From Phallusia mammillata (lineage: Eukaryota), in the NCBI GenBank assembly GCA_965637545.1, contig OZ281498.1:18600001-18664000 (forward strand): a DNA stretch of 64,000 bases, read 5' to 3'. Positions 37,131 to 52,100 of this stretch are shown here, one piece after another (the first letter of the stretch is position 1; each line of letters opens with the position of its first letter). The notes below the pieces were generated by a model. It was given only the letters and a program-made list of their open reading frames with translations. It was not told the origin of the DNA and did not search any database. Made by a program: the position numbers and the translations under genes.

Positions 37131-40100
37131 ATGAAGGGGCCACCGTCGATATTGTATTTAGCCCTACTTGTGGACCTCATCTGTGCAGTTTCACATGTTG
37201 TAGCTGCAATAAACAATGACCGACAAGCTTTTCGTGCTACCCAGCACCGCCAAGACCAAAGCCTTGCCGACAATCAACCAATTGGTCGCACTGCAACAAC
37301 CCGTTTTCGTACAAAACTGGTCGCGGTTAAAGATGCACTTACGAACAATGACCAACTTCGCCGTGGGGCTCATCGGCGGCAAAGGGTGCGTTGCATCACC
37401 GCCGATTGCGGAAGAATTCGTCGGGCTGGCGTCGAAAGCTTGGATAGGGATTACGAAAGCGAGAAGACCTATCAATCTCATAAGACGGACGGACCGGACA
37501 GCTGGTCAAGTTGGGAGGCGTGGAGTACCTGGAAGAAATGGGCTGAGACCCTATCCCCTGCAACGGTTGGGACCCTACCTGTAACAACTACAACTAGGCC
37601 AACAGAGGGGCCACCAGAGGTGCGTTTATTGCGTTTTTAAATTTTGTTCTAGAGGTTTGCCAATTCTATGGTTTGCTAGTAAATGACACAATCATACCAA
37701 CTATTGAATTCGTAAACACTACTATATTTGTTAACCGTGTTTTAGGGGACGAAGCATATGGTTCGAAATGGGTATAGGCCAGGGGTCGCTAACCTTTACG
37801 ACTCAAAGAGCCACTCGGACCAGTTTCACGTAGTAAAAAAACACTGGGAGCCACAAAGTCGTTTCAAAATTTAAAATAAAATGCAAAACGTTTTTAGTCT
37901 TATGACATTCGACATTTTGTTGTTAGCTAGTGTTTCAATGCATATTAGACACACTGGTATACTAGTCTCGTCAGCAGAGAAAACAACTTTACATAGCGTT
38001 GCATATTCTGTTTTTGCAGATTTGTATTCCTTTGTTAACGCGTTTGTTACGTAACAATTAACAAACAGCTATTGTTACGCGCGCACACACTGCAAACAAA
38101 AACAGTATTGTCTCATTTTGCGTATTAACCTGCGCGCCGCCAGTTTGCCTCTTTCAGACTTCACGTACGTTGATGGCATAGAGTTAGGGTTGCAGGTAAC
38201 TGCAACAAGCGAGTACAGTCATGCTACTGCACTTCAATTTTCGTGTTCGACTTTTGTGTTCGGCATAATCGTCACATAATTTTTATTCAAATGTACAACA
38301 TTTGGTAAATTCAAAAACTGAGCCGCATCAGAGGGATCAAAGAGCCGCACTACTGTACAATCAATGTAGGCGGTTTAAAAGGGAATAGATTGAATTTGCT
38401 GTGCTTGTGCTTGGCGGTGATGGCGTTTCCTTAGGGAAATTACCACAGCGCAGCTATAGGTAATTGGCGAAAATATGCTCATTTTGCGGTCGCTAAACTT
38501 CATATCGTGGTTGGTCGCGTATGCATTCAATTTGTGCTGCAACAAAACGCAGGGAACCAAGAACAAGAATTTGAATTTGGTTTACTTCGGCAGTTGGTGA
38601 ATTCAATTTTTACGACGAGTCAGTCTTATTCATTAAATCAGTCGTATTCATTAACTGCTGTATGCATGTGAAAATTAAAAATATTATTAAAGAAAATACG
38701 CACTGCAACTCCTATGCAACTCGCAGTTTGTTTAAATAAACCACCTCAACCAATACCTTTGTTTTGTCAGCTAAAAGCCCATGAGACAGCCTATGATCAC
38801 TTTATTACGGCATTCTTGTTGGTCGAATTTTGATTTGTATTGAATGCTTTTTTCATTCATGTTTTGCATCAAGAATGTCATTTTAAAACATAGACTTATA
38901 TTCAATTTAGTTGGAGGAATGCGCTTCGCAGCCTAATCGCAAAGGCTCAGCGTATTTAGCGCACTGTTTGTATAAGGGATAAGTCTGTGGCTAAGAAGAG
39001 AAGAGTTCTTCGCGGCAATAAACTTGAGCTTGAGCGCGTGGAATTACAACTAAAACAACAATCGGCATCAGCCAAAAACTCACGCCGTCATGCCTAAAGC
39101 TGTCTGTTTTCCGCTGACATATTTCGAGGCATCTGTCAAACAACATGTAGGGCCGGGTGAGGGCTTAAGCCTTAAAGGATAGGGGTGTTTTAGTACACAG
39201 ATCTCTGTGAAGTGTTTTTTCACTAACTAATATGACAAAACTAAAAAGCAAAAAACGATACTTCTTGAAAAATTTAAAAATCGATCTTTAACGCTTTTGG
39301 CCAAGCTATAACGTAAGAAAGTGGGCCAGCGTAGCGTTTTGCAAAATTAAACTTCTGCATCATTCAACAGCCAGGGATTATCCGTCCATAAGGTTAAGAA
39401 AACAAAAAGGGTATGTGCATTGAATATCGCACTAACGGAGCGTTGATAACCATGGAGTCTCAAAAATGTCCAATATTGAGATGAACTAGCCTACGTTGGC
39501 TTCGAGAATTGTTGACAAATGTCTCCGGTTAGGTCGGGTCGGGCCCCAATTTTAGCCCCGCTTTTAACTCTATAGCCATGTGCCTTTTAAGGACCTTCAG
39601 TTTGAAAGTGATTTAGTGCGTTTGGTTTATTGCCTACATATTTTTAAATGTCTTTGACTTAGTTGTGTAGGCTATGTATTTTTCACCAAGCAATGATAAT
39701 CTTGATCTGTAAGACGTCTTGAGATCTAAATCGTTTTCCAAATTCTTTCAAAATTTAAATTCGATGTCATTTTTAATGTCCATTTTTTTCCAAATTGTGC
39801 GTTTTGTATAAGCTACCAACCCAAATTTGTATTCTATGAATTTTTATTTATTTCGGAGTTATTATCCTAAAACTCTCTACGCCCCTAAGGAATTTGATTG
39901 ATACTGTCAAATTGATCCAGTAGTTGAAATGGACAAGCCCCCTTAAGTAGTTCTACAATGTGCCCCTAAACGTTGTTGCGTTTATGCTTACCGGTGCATG
40001 ACGGCTGACCCGGTCTTGCAGATAAAATAGCCTGTTTTGCGCCCGGCTGCACACGTAATTACAACTTATTACAAAATCACAGCTATAGCGTGAATGCAAG

Positions 40101-43100
40101 CCGTAAAATATCTGACCTCACCATGAGACATTAGTTGTCGACGCTCTCCCAGTTGAACTTTTACGAAGGTCAGAAAAATGTCAAAAGTCATGGCCCGGCG
40201 GCATATTTTGGAGCATTTCATGGTTGAGAAGATTTTGACGTACAACGCATGCTAACTTGGTGATATGATCGTAAACTTGGGCAAACTTTCGTATTTTTTT
40301 GCAACAACTTCACACATAGGTTATACCGGTTTAATGGATTAATGATAGTAAACTTTACAAGCACATTGGGCCAAATTTGACAATTGGCATTTACACAATA
40401 TTACCCTGTCCTATCTTTAGCATTTTTTAAAACATTTCAAATACAATAAGTAGCTTAACTACCAGCAGATCATTATTTTGTGTTCACACTTATACACAAT
40501 CATGCCATTTTATGCCAAAAGAACAGTCTGAGGCTAGTTTCAATATGGGAATCGAAACCCGAACGCGATTTTTTGAGAAAAGTAGCCTATATGTAAAGCC
40601 TGCAAGTGAGATTTATCAAGGTACAATCACGACACTGTTGCGTAAAGTCAGACTTGAATTAGGTCCGTTTTATTCAAACTGATAAGCTCGAACTCGACCG
40701 AAATTCCAAGCACGAAATGCAACTCTGTGCTGTACTAAGTCGGGCATGCCGAATTAAGAAATGTTTTTCGAATTATAATATGTTTTGTTTAGATTTTTTT
40801 CATACGTTTTCGCATTGGAACTACAAAGATTTTTTTGATTTTTACAAGCTTACAATTTTTTCGTTTGTTATTTGTTAGATAAGCTTCATTCAATTGTATC
40901 AAAGTTCTCCACACTTATTGCTGCTGAATGCGTTGTGATAAAAATATTCGTGGTTTAACTCCCTTTCAAACATATTCTGCATAACCGACGTTTATGTGCG
41001 TGGTCTCGTCAAACCAAAATCCGTCGTTAAAAATCGTGTAAGGTGGCTGGAAAAGCTACTGGCGCTGAGTTACAGACGTCTGTACAAACATTGACCCGCA
41101 CTTAAAAGTGGCATTCCTGATTACTGTGTCCACTGATCACTGATGACTCTGAAATAAGATATTGTGTTGAGTGAAGACTGACATATGTTTGCCACTGGGT
41201 AGTTTTAACCAAATATGATACACTACATCTAAAAAAAAACTTCTTTGTTCCTTTATGCAATCACATCGCATTATTTTTGTGTACTCAGTCCATCGGGTTG
41301 GATTTTCATTGTAGAAAAGTTTTTACGTGAACAGATTTTAAGGTGCCAAAGTATTTCGTAAGTAGTCTATGTATGAATTAATTGACTACTGACAGAATCT
41401 TTAGTTTAGTAAATGAGTATAGATAACAAATAATGTGAAACAATTAATTGCTTTAACTTAGTTCTGTAGCTTCTGTGGCAATTAAATAAATAATGTAAGT
41501 TTTCTTCATATCATTGACCAATTTTATTACAAAGTAATTGATAAAGTAGATGTACCTCAACGAATTTGTTAAAGCAAAAAGCGCATTGTATAAAGTCACA
41601 CTGTCCAATCCTTTGACATTTGTTTTCCCATTATGGGTCAGTGACTTTAGGTCAAGCTTCTAGAATTGCAACTTTAAAAAGCGCCTTGGAACCACACACC
41701 CTTTGACCTCAACGAATTAAGTCTTGACACTTAAGCTTGATATAACTGCTTCGATAGACGACACGAGCATTTACATCCCTTCTGAAGTACACCAGCTTGT
41801 GTTCCAGCTGGCTGTGCAGTTGGCCTTAAGGAATGGTAGCATAATCTTAATGTCGGTATTTTTAAACACTATCATGTTCTTGGAAAATTTTCCAATCTTT
41901 TTCCAATAAAATCATTTATTACTGTTTATAGGATTGAAACTACAAATGTGATTTTTTGGCGTCTGTTAAACGTCCGGCTTTGGTATTCTAGCAAAGCTTT
42001 AAAAATACCTTTATTTGTCGTTTTGGGTGTATTTTTAATGTTTGTATTGTTTTTGTAACACCTATTAAGCGTTTTCCCTTTGTTTTTGCCAATTTCTAAT
42101 TCTGTAACGTAACAGCAGTATGAATTTCTTACAACCATTATAAATTTAAAATAGGTTCGTATGTAAGTTTTTGGCATAGTGCTGCATACAAAGTCGTTGG
42201 ACCACGGTAAAAACGCATTGAGCAAAGTTTTGCATGCTCTTAACGATGATAAATTACCCTAGCTTCGAAAACACTTCAGACTCCAAACGTATGATATGCA
42301 AAATACACAAGCTAAGGCGCATCCGTCGGTTGGTGCTAAGTGAGATTAATTTGCACTTGCTTTTTGAACAGTTAACCGTCAATATGTTTCGCGTGGCTCA
42401 CATCATGTAAGCTACTGGTTTGCAACGGGTGATAAATGGGATGACGTATCTTAAATATTCAAGTACAAGCGATTGGTGTGGAGCTAAGCTTTAAGGACCT
42501 AGATATTGGAAAACCACAATGTCAAAACAACTTTTCCCTCATAACTAAATATAGTTCCATATTTAGTTCAAAATTTCGTGCATTAATTCATGAAAAAAAT
42601 ACGTCACATGTTTTTATTTAGAACAACATGTCACAAAGATTGTTTACAATTATTTAAAAAGTTATTATTGCGCGAAAGAGTTTTATTTTTAATAAAACTA
42701 TTATGGGTCGCAGCAAAAACAAACTTAATTAAACCTCTCTTCGCGTTTACTGTGTTTGACATTATATCTTAGACCAGTGGTTCCCAAACTGTGGGCCCTG
42801 GCCCAGTGCTAGGCCACCAAGACATTTTCAATGGGCCACAGAGTCAATTGAACAGATTCTACTGTTTTGTTATACTGTAGATATTAAGCGCTTTGTTTTG
42901 AAAAATATATTAATTGCAAAACAAAAATTATTTAAGAAGAAAGGTCTGTCTCCTAGCAATGGGTTTTATCTGCTATTTGGGAGATGGCAGTTCAAAATGG
43001 GTGTGAAGTCATGCATGTGAGTAGCGGGCATTGAAAAGTAGCCATTTATCGAACTAGCTTAGCTTACTTTAAACATTTAGTTAAATTTACTAAATAATAG

Positions 43101-46100
43101 CTGGAAATATGGCTAAAAGGAAGTATAATGAAAGTTCATAGAAGTTGTGCACAAATTTACAGCACGACGTGAGCCACAAATCGCTACTAAATAGACGTTT
43201 AGGCCACAGACCAAAAGAGTTTGGGAACCCCTGTCTTCGACGCTGTATACAGTAGTTTTAAAGGCAGTGGTTGGCGGTTTCGGAAACCATTGGAATACCT
43301 CTTATTACGCATGTTGCAACATACTATCGTCCTGAAAAGTGCTCATTTACTTTTGAACCCAACGCAGCTGTCTTCTGTCAAACTGATGATCATGTCGTAC
43401 CAACACAAAGCGTATATCTTACGCACCAAAAGATCGAATCACAATCTTTCGCTTTTTTTCTTTTGGCCACATAAAGTCAATACGTCGTATTGGCGGAAAC
43501 TGTAAATTGTGGGATTGGAACAGTTCACGTAAAATCTCTTTAAAGTGGTACTCGCTATTGGCCACAGTCGCTATAACGTTGTAACCCCAAATTGTTGGCT
43601 TTATTGTTATCTCTGGTTTCATAGGAATCTACCAAGTTGTCGCAAACCCGCATAAAGTTTCAGTAACACTAGTTTTTTGTGACTTTGGAAGTGGCATTTG
43701 TGAGCGTGGGAAAACGTATAGCGCTTATGACCATATTTTTGAGATGAATTTAAGGGCTAAACACGACCTGAAACATCTGCGTTTTGGTTTATGTTGGGAA
43801 ACCATACATGCTTATGTTGAAATGTGTTTGACCCATGATGTTTTTTCCTTATACTGTCATCATTCATCACTATTTTCAGTATGCTGCCACTGGTATAAAA
43901 GTACCCTGTTCAAAAACAATATATGGGGGTTTAAGTTGTTTCATCAACAAAGTTAACCCTTTCACTGCCGAATTTGTTTTGACAAAAAATGATGTTTAGA
44001 CATGCTCTTGCTCTTTTAGGTTTTATGCAAAATCGATAGAAGATAGGCAAAAACTTTCTCTGGGAAAGTTGTTGGGTATATAATTTTCTACAATTTTAAG
44101 ATAAAAAATTTTTCGATGACGTCATCACCTATGAAATGACGTCATTTTAATTCTATTTTTTCATGAAATTGCAGTTTATTGATGTTTTTCGTTACAATTA
44201 TTAGTTACAAGTTGTTTTACAAACACTTCGTTACAAAATTTTATCTGTGTTATTTTGATTACGTCATTAATTAGCTCATGACGTCATAATCATTAATTTC
44301 AGTTTGTTATTTTACAGTATTAAATAATAAAATTAATGTTTTTGAGGGTATGGAACTTGTTTTCAATAATATTTATTGGCTAATTTGACATTTCACTGAC
44401 TTATTATAATGTTTACCAACCAGCTGTACACACATAATGCATTCACAAGTTTTTTTAAATGGAATGTTTATTATGTATTATTACACCACAACATGTAAAA
44501 TTTGTAAACACAGTGCATATAAGTTTGCAGAAAAAACACAATTTCAAGCCTTCCCAAGGTACTTTGCATTGATTCTTCTGTATTTGTTGTCCATTCGTGA
44601 GGCCACATCTCCTCATCATTTGACAAATGTAAATGCATTTGTGGGCCAGATACAATCATAATATAGGTCAGCAAGCACCAACTTCCAAAGTCAAAGTGCT
44701 TCTGCAACAGTTGTTTTCTTGATAAATAACTGTTGTCACCACTAATAATAAAGCTAAACTGACTCATACAGTTGTATATTCAAGCAAATCAAGGCAAATT
44801 TACAGGCCCGAACTACCCACTTTCAAGCCCAATTCAGCTGCACACATATCAAATTGTAAACAAAGATGGCCGCAACACGCACGCAAAGCCCTGAAATCAA
44901 CTCCAAGCAGCTGTCTGTGAATCAGTCAAGCGTAAAATATCAAAAAACGGCTCAAAAAAAAAATTTGAAAAAAACTTGTTTTTTTCTGAATTTTCACTTT
45001 CTCCTTACTGTAATTAATTTTTTTCAAATACTAACATATCATTTTTTTCAAATAAATTGAAGCCAATATGCATAAGCTTTCCAACGCACCCCAGTTGGAA
45101 AAAAAATTCGCACTAATACGATTCTTGTCGCTGTTAACAACGAGGTATGTCTCCATGCGCATTTATGCGCCCGTGGCAGTTAAAGGGTTAATAGAGATAA
45201 TGTAAATTCCATGTGTTTAATCTATGTCTTTACAATATGGTCAAAAATTACAATCACTATACGAGGTACAGATGCAACGACGATTGCAAAGGAGTCGCAA
45301 GATCCATAATTTCTTGAGATTATACGACTTGAAGATAAACGTCAAAAAGATACGCGCTTTTGATAAGATATACGCCACATTTATTCTGCAAAATGGTAAC
45401 AGAAAAGCATGACTGCTTGCGCAGGTACGGTTAACTTATTGCATTGTTACATAGATGTAACAGCTACGTAGTCATATGTAACAATTCAATAATAGTTAGG
45501 AGATTGAAAAAGCAGAAGTTCATTAATACTATAGATGCGATGCTTATATTCATGGAAAATTTAAAATATTTTGCGACCCAGACTGGAAGGTCTCGCGACC
45601 CAAATTTGGATCGCGACCCACTATTTGCGGACCCCTGCTTTAGACCCCACTGTTTGTCTGGCTGCAAAATTTATGTTTTCATGTGATAACTGTAACGTAC
45701 GACTAATAGACGTGACGCCACAAACGATTTCGTTCTTTCGGTCTGATTTATTTGACCAAAACTGTTATTCGGTTCGCACTGAATGCAAAAGCTTACCCAA
45801 AAATGAGAGCGCTTCAAATGCATTCATAATTAGCAGCGGTCGTTTTATGCGGCGACAAAGATATCCGATTAAAAGTCGTGTAAATTTGTAGCATGTGCAA
45901 ATATTTTTGCTGCACAAAACTGAGATAAAGCGTCATCATCTTATTGTCGCTTCTTAGTGTCAGATATGCGTTGAACCAATAACATGTGGTGTATTTTGTT
46001 TATTTGTTTATGTTCAGCTCATTGCGTAAGTCTGTCAGTTTGATATGATGGTGTGCTTTATGTCAAGCTTAGGAATGGGTATTACAGAAACCTAACTCCA

Positions 46101-49100
46101 GTTTGGTCAGTTTTTGATGTTGAAGATTTTGTATTGATTAACAGGCAATCTTCGTTCTGAAAACTACTATAAACGGACCACAGCACAAAATTTCGTTTGA
46201 AACCCTATTTACTAAAGTTTTGCGATTGCACAAAAATGTTCTTGAGTAATTCCAGCAATACGGTGCAATAGACCAATACAACACGTTATTTTTAAGAGGG
46301 TTTAACAAAGTCAGGGTAGGCTATCTGTCTACATTTATTTGCCCGTCGATCGAGAATATGTCTTCCACCGTTTTTTGTAGGTGTAATGCTTTTACTTACA
46401 GCTGTTAAATCAGATTGCAAATACATTTTATACTTTTTGCCCATCGTTCTATTCTGCCATATCCTTTTCATTCAGAGATCAAATCTACTCACCCTAGGCA
46501 TCAAACATTCCAATAACTTCACGCAATTCAGTTTAATTTCCACGCAAAAGACGAACGGAAAGATCATTATCCGTGGTCAGCGTATACAGACGAATCGACG
46601 ATAATCTGCATGCAAAAGTGCTGCAAAAAACGCCGCCTACATTATTATTATTGCTTACGTGTATGATGTCTTTGATGTGGGCCGGCGGTATGCAGTACCT
46701 GATCTACCACTACACGCTTCTTACATTAAGTGTTACCGCACCACTTCTGATAGCTTCACTGAGAAGAAGCTTGGTTACCGATAGCCAGCCTAACACCTAT
46801 GGCTAATAGAGGATATTGAGTGAATCGGAAATTAAGTGTTTTTTTCAGTTATTAAGTTGATCATACGATATATCGTATGTATTTTGTGTTTCAACTATAG
46901 TTGAAAATATTTTGTGTATATTTAGGAAGAAAATTTATGTAAATATATATATTTTAGCTTGTGGTTCTTGGTATTTGCATTAAACAAAAGAGCTTTATCG
47001 TTTTACTGAACCGCTTTATTTTTAAAACCAATCACGATCATAAAACGTTAAAAATGGTTACGTTTGCTGCATTGACTTGCGTTTTTTAAAGTTAGTTGTA
47101 TATTTGTCAGACCTACGACCTATGCTGTCAAACGCATTTTTTTTCTTCAGAAATTAGGTCATCAACCTTCTATTTTTATTATTACAATCTTTTTGAACAG
47201 TGTAACATGTCGCAATTTACGGCATTTTTCCTAACACCTTAATTGTGAACAGACGTTGGTTAAGCGTTTGAACGACAGCATGGGTTGTTTTTGGTTTTGC
47301 AGAAATACTTTTGCAGATTATAGATTTTTTAGGTTCTAGATAAGGTATCTTGCACATGTGTCAACTACTATATATATATTTCACATAAATATATATATAT
47401 ACGTTTTATTAGGTTTTTGCAAAACAATGGTCACCTTTAGGGCTTTTTCTTTGCTTCCAGTGTCAAGAATTTAGAGTGCTATGCACTTGTACAGTGTTTC
47501 TCTAAATGTTTTATGCATCCTGTTACGAAACAGTACGGAAATGAATCCATGTTCTACATATTTGTAACTGCTTTAGAGTGGAGTGTAGAAATTGTTTAAT
47601 TAATGGCCCGGTAGCAACGTTGACCTTTTGCTGAATGAGGCTCAAGCAATCATTAATTGTTAATGAATTTGTGGCACTCCTTGGTCTGCCTAATGCTTGT
47701 GAGATACACCAAATTTGTTGTTTAGAAATTATTTTTATTGTTGTTGTATAATAACGAAAAACAAACACGCCTAACATATTTGCATGGAACATGACGTTTT
47801 AGCAGCAACTTGTGTCATTCTCAAATGAAATTAATGTAAAAACCAAGCAGCAAGCAAAACTGTGAAAAGGAATCCTGTTTCAAACAAATATATGGACTTG
47901 TTTGTTTCTTGTCATAATCTTTAACACCGTGAATTGTGAAATGTTGTGTAATAGATCGCGATTTAGCTTAGACTAGCCTACCATCTTCATAATGAAGCAA
48001 ACATGTCTTTCGTGCAATTTGCTACCTGCTGTTTCACCTGTTGGCCTCAAATTGTTTTTTTCCAAAATTTACCTCACTTTTTAGTTATGTTAACTTTACT
48101 GTTAGGTTGGTATTTAAAAATGAGGTTTAATGTGTTGTCGTATTTGGAAAGATACTTCTTTAAAACTGTTGTTGAAATTTAAAATAATGAAAAAGCCGTT
48201 GTAGCTATTAAGCTTTTGTTGGTTATTAATATAACACAGAATTCACAACGAATTAAAAGCAACAACCTTTTTAACTCTCTTTACTGTTTTGCAGGTCGAA
48301 ATCGTGTATGTGCAAGGACCTCGGGTATGTGTATAATTTAATTTTGTTGTGACGCTGATTAGCTGCTGCAATAGTTAATGTACTATCGACCAAAATTATA
48401 ATTGGGACAAAACTTCGCATTGTGTCCCATTTGAGTCATAATGTTTACTTCCTACATGTACATGCACCGTCGACTTGTATTAATTAGTTGCGTACAACCG
48501 CACATTTTGTGGATCTTTATGCAGTCAGGCTTGTTATAAGCTTCTCGTCTGGGTCTATTGTTGAGTAAAGTACATTTTGCTTGGTGAAAGACAACATAGC
48601 AATAAATTTCACAAAAACAATCACCCAGCCCGAAATAACTGTTAAATTGGCGGCACAATTGTTGGATAATGTTTGAACTTAAACGTCTTTTGAGCTCTGT
48701 TGTTTACATAAAATATATTTGTGTCGTAGGGTCCTGACGGACAGCCTGGACCTAAAGGAAACAAGGTAATTTCATAATATACCACTTTTCTTTAATAAAA
48801 TTTGCATTCTTTAATAAAATTTATAGATCAGTAAAAATAATTTAAGTAAAAAAACACTAGAAAGCAAAAATCGCAATTCGACTTAACAAGTATCTAAACT
48901 GCAATTAATTTATTTGTGATATAAAGCAAGTATGCAAAGAATTACTTGATAAAGATTTGTGTAATCCTAGGGAGACCAAGGACCAAACGGAAGGGCCGGT
49001 CAGAAAGGTAAACGTGGACCACCCGGACCTATGGGACCGCCAGGCTTTGGATACGGACTAGACGGTGACACAATGGTAAGACTGTGACAGGATATATTTT

Positions 49101-52100
49101 TGTAAAAACAAGAAAAGTGTAGGCTACTCCATCTATATATTAAGCAACTTTGGTATGGTAGGGTGTACTGATAACAGTGTCTAAATTAAGAACATAACCT
49201 CATCGTTTCGTCACGAAGCACTTAACATCTATATTCGTGTTCGTCTGTTTGCGCCCGGTGTTTAACGTTCCAACGCGACAAGCACTTCCTGGCCAATTAA
49301 GCCTTCAAAAGACATTAACACAGACGTGGTTAGGATATTACGTTTAAGTCAAGGGTATGGTGTATTTATATTTACATGTATGTTATAACGCCTATTTACG
49401 TTTTTAGAGGGCTTTAAAATCTAAATAGCCAAGAATGCAGCCCAAACTCTAAAACCCAGGACAATCGATTTGTATAACGTATAACATCAATATATATATA
49501 TATATATATATATTTAAATTTAAACATTGGTTTATATTAATGCGTTAACAAGACCTGTTGAATATTTACGTTGCAAGTTGAAGGTTTAGCAGGCCGCACT
49601 GAGTTTACTAGATAGCCTATTCAGCGTGGAATATCTAGCATAAGGTCGTTTTTGCGAGTAATTTGTGGAATTGGAAATGTTGTTTCAAAATTTTGATTTG
49701 CTTTGTAAGAAACAAAAATATGCTAGCCTACATTGAGAATGTGTATGCATTCAAACAGGATGGTCTGGCTGAGAAAGATGTAAATTGAGTTGTTATAGTC
49801 ACGTTACCTTATGAAACTATATCCGTAATCAAATGTATTAAAAAAACACCCATTTATAACTTAAAATTAAACATTGTAGGAAAATATGGTAAGAGTATTT
49901 TACGTTAAAGCAACACTACGTCAAAAAATCAATAGTGAAGTAATGTAATAGAATTTTAAAATTTATTCTACGTTTGTTTTGTAAACTTGGACACAACATT
50001 AGACTACATGCAACTATTTTGTTCTGTTCGTCGCATTAGTAGAGTTAGAAACTTAAAAAAAGCACATTCTGTACATTTCAATCGTTTGGCCCCACTTTGT
50101 GATGCACGTACTGATGTCTGGGAAAGATAAAGTCATTCATAAATTACGATGCTACCGATAATCCAACGATCGGATGCCAAAAGCCCAATTTTGTTTATTA
50201 CCGCTGCCGTATCCTATCTCACCATCACTGCACGGAAAATCGTCGTTTTGAGAGATCTGAATTTTTTGCCTGTGTAGCGATAACCGACAAATTTACAAAA
50301 TGCGTTTTGTTCAACAATTGTTTTTTGGCAGGACCAAGACTATTACGTCGACGCACTGGATCGTGACGTCACGGTAAGTTGTTTGTGACGTAGTGGTGTG
50401 CAGTATTTACCAGTGTTACAAAATTATTTAGTAGAAATCTTGTTGCCCTAATTATGCTATATTATTTTAAACAAAATTGCAGGTTTCATTTACTAATTGG
50501 GACATTTTATACAGTTTCTTACGTTATTTTTAGAACACTATGACGCGACCAGGTCCCCCAGGGCCGCCTGGACCACCTGGCTTGAGAGGTTTACCAGGTT
50601 CAAAGGTGGGTTATAAGATTTAAAGTTTCACCTAATTGCAAGGGGGAATAATAGCAAATAGTTTAATAACTTTATGTCTCTTGAAGTTTTGCTCCTTCTT
50701 TCTCATTCTTGTCATGTGGATGTTTGTATCTTTTCTACATATTTATTGTTTTAGGGCAAACGGGGACAACGTGGAGAGCCGGGACCGAAAGGCAGCGAAG
50801 GTGCAGAGGTAAAACCAACAGTCTTAACTAAAAAAATGTTCGCTAGAACAATAAATATTTACATTTTACAAATCATACCACTAAAACCAATGTAGTTATA
50901 ACTGACATACTAGTTTATCATCACAGACTATTCCTTTTTTGCTGCATTGATCCCACTGCCCTAACAGTCTTTTTCAATGTTTACTGTTGTCTGGTTTAGG
51001 CTTCTAACTTTACACAATAAAAAGAGAATACACGCGAATAAAGTTACAAGAGTTGCGATAAAGAATGCGTCAGTTATTCGTTTTTGAAATGCATGGTTTG
51101 TTTCTTTTAACAACGCAAGCCTAAACGTTTCCTGTCCCACCCGAGCAAACCGAGCCATATCACATCCTTCTGCCGTTTGTCTGCTATTTGAGGCATGACG
51201 GAAATGATTGATTGTCTGTGTTATTAGAACATCATGGTTAGCAAATGGCACCATGTTGTATTACGCAACAAGGAGAAAAAGGCTAAAATTCTGCTTTCCT
51301 GTTGGGTGCAAAATATGCTAGGTGCATAATTAATCCCCGATTCGGATTATGTTTCAAGTGGCCATGCTCACTTTGCGGGGCCTTAAAGGACGGCGCAAAG
51401 TTTGTTAGATGCCTCGTTCTTTGGTAAAATATAGTGATTTTGTCCAAAACGTAAACAGATAGAAATGTTGTAATGTTGTTGTCATACATTGCACTATATA
51501 TCCGATGTATAGGTTTGACGGGGTATATTTACACACAATGTATATTCCATCTTTCTACTGTATCATAAAATTTTAAAACATTTCTTGTTTTAATTTTGTA
51601 AACAGAAGTTTTAACTCAAAAACTGCATAATCGTTGACTAAAATCAAAAACACATGCCCAACCTTTTTGCTACTTGGCCAGAAGTCACACAATCATTTTG
51701 CTGTTAAAAATATTTATCACGGTTTCCCTTTAAAGTGTGACGTGAGTAAGAGAGGCGCTCCTTGACCCCAAAGTCACGAACACAAAGAGGGGCTTTGTAG
51801 ACAAGGTAGAAACTTGATAGGGAATTAAAACTGAAACTGAAGAGTTTACGAGGTGTGGAAAGGTTGCCTTATTCGTTTGTACTCACATCAGGACGTAATC
51901 AATAATTACCTACTTTTTGACAGTACTGGCTTTGTCCGCTAACAAATTAAGTAGGTTTACACGCCTGCTGAACTTTGTTTTTTTTTCAAAACAAATTTCA
52001 AAACTGCGAAACAAAGTGGAAAAATTCAACCAAAATAATTTGGGGATTTCGTTGTAATAAATGATGTAGGATTCAAACCCACTGCAGTAACCTATCGTCG

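Noticed and set aside
37191-37587. Alternative-frame ORFs over collagen exon 1
   Set aside because: Shadow ORFs; only the 37131 frame has a signal peptide and a phase-0 donor.
39525-40730. Scattered cgggtcggg/cccga and aactctg motifs (also near 2.5, 3.6 and 55.0 kb)
   Set aside because: Probably an old MITE family, but ends and TSDs could not be defined.
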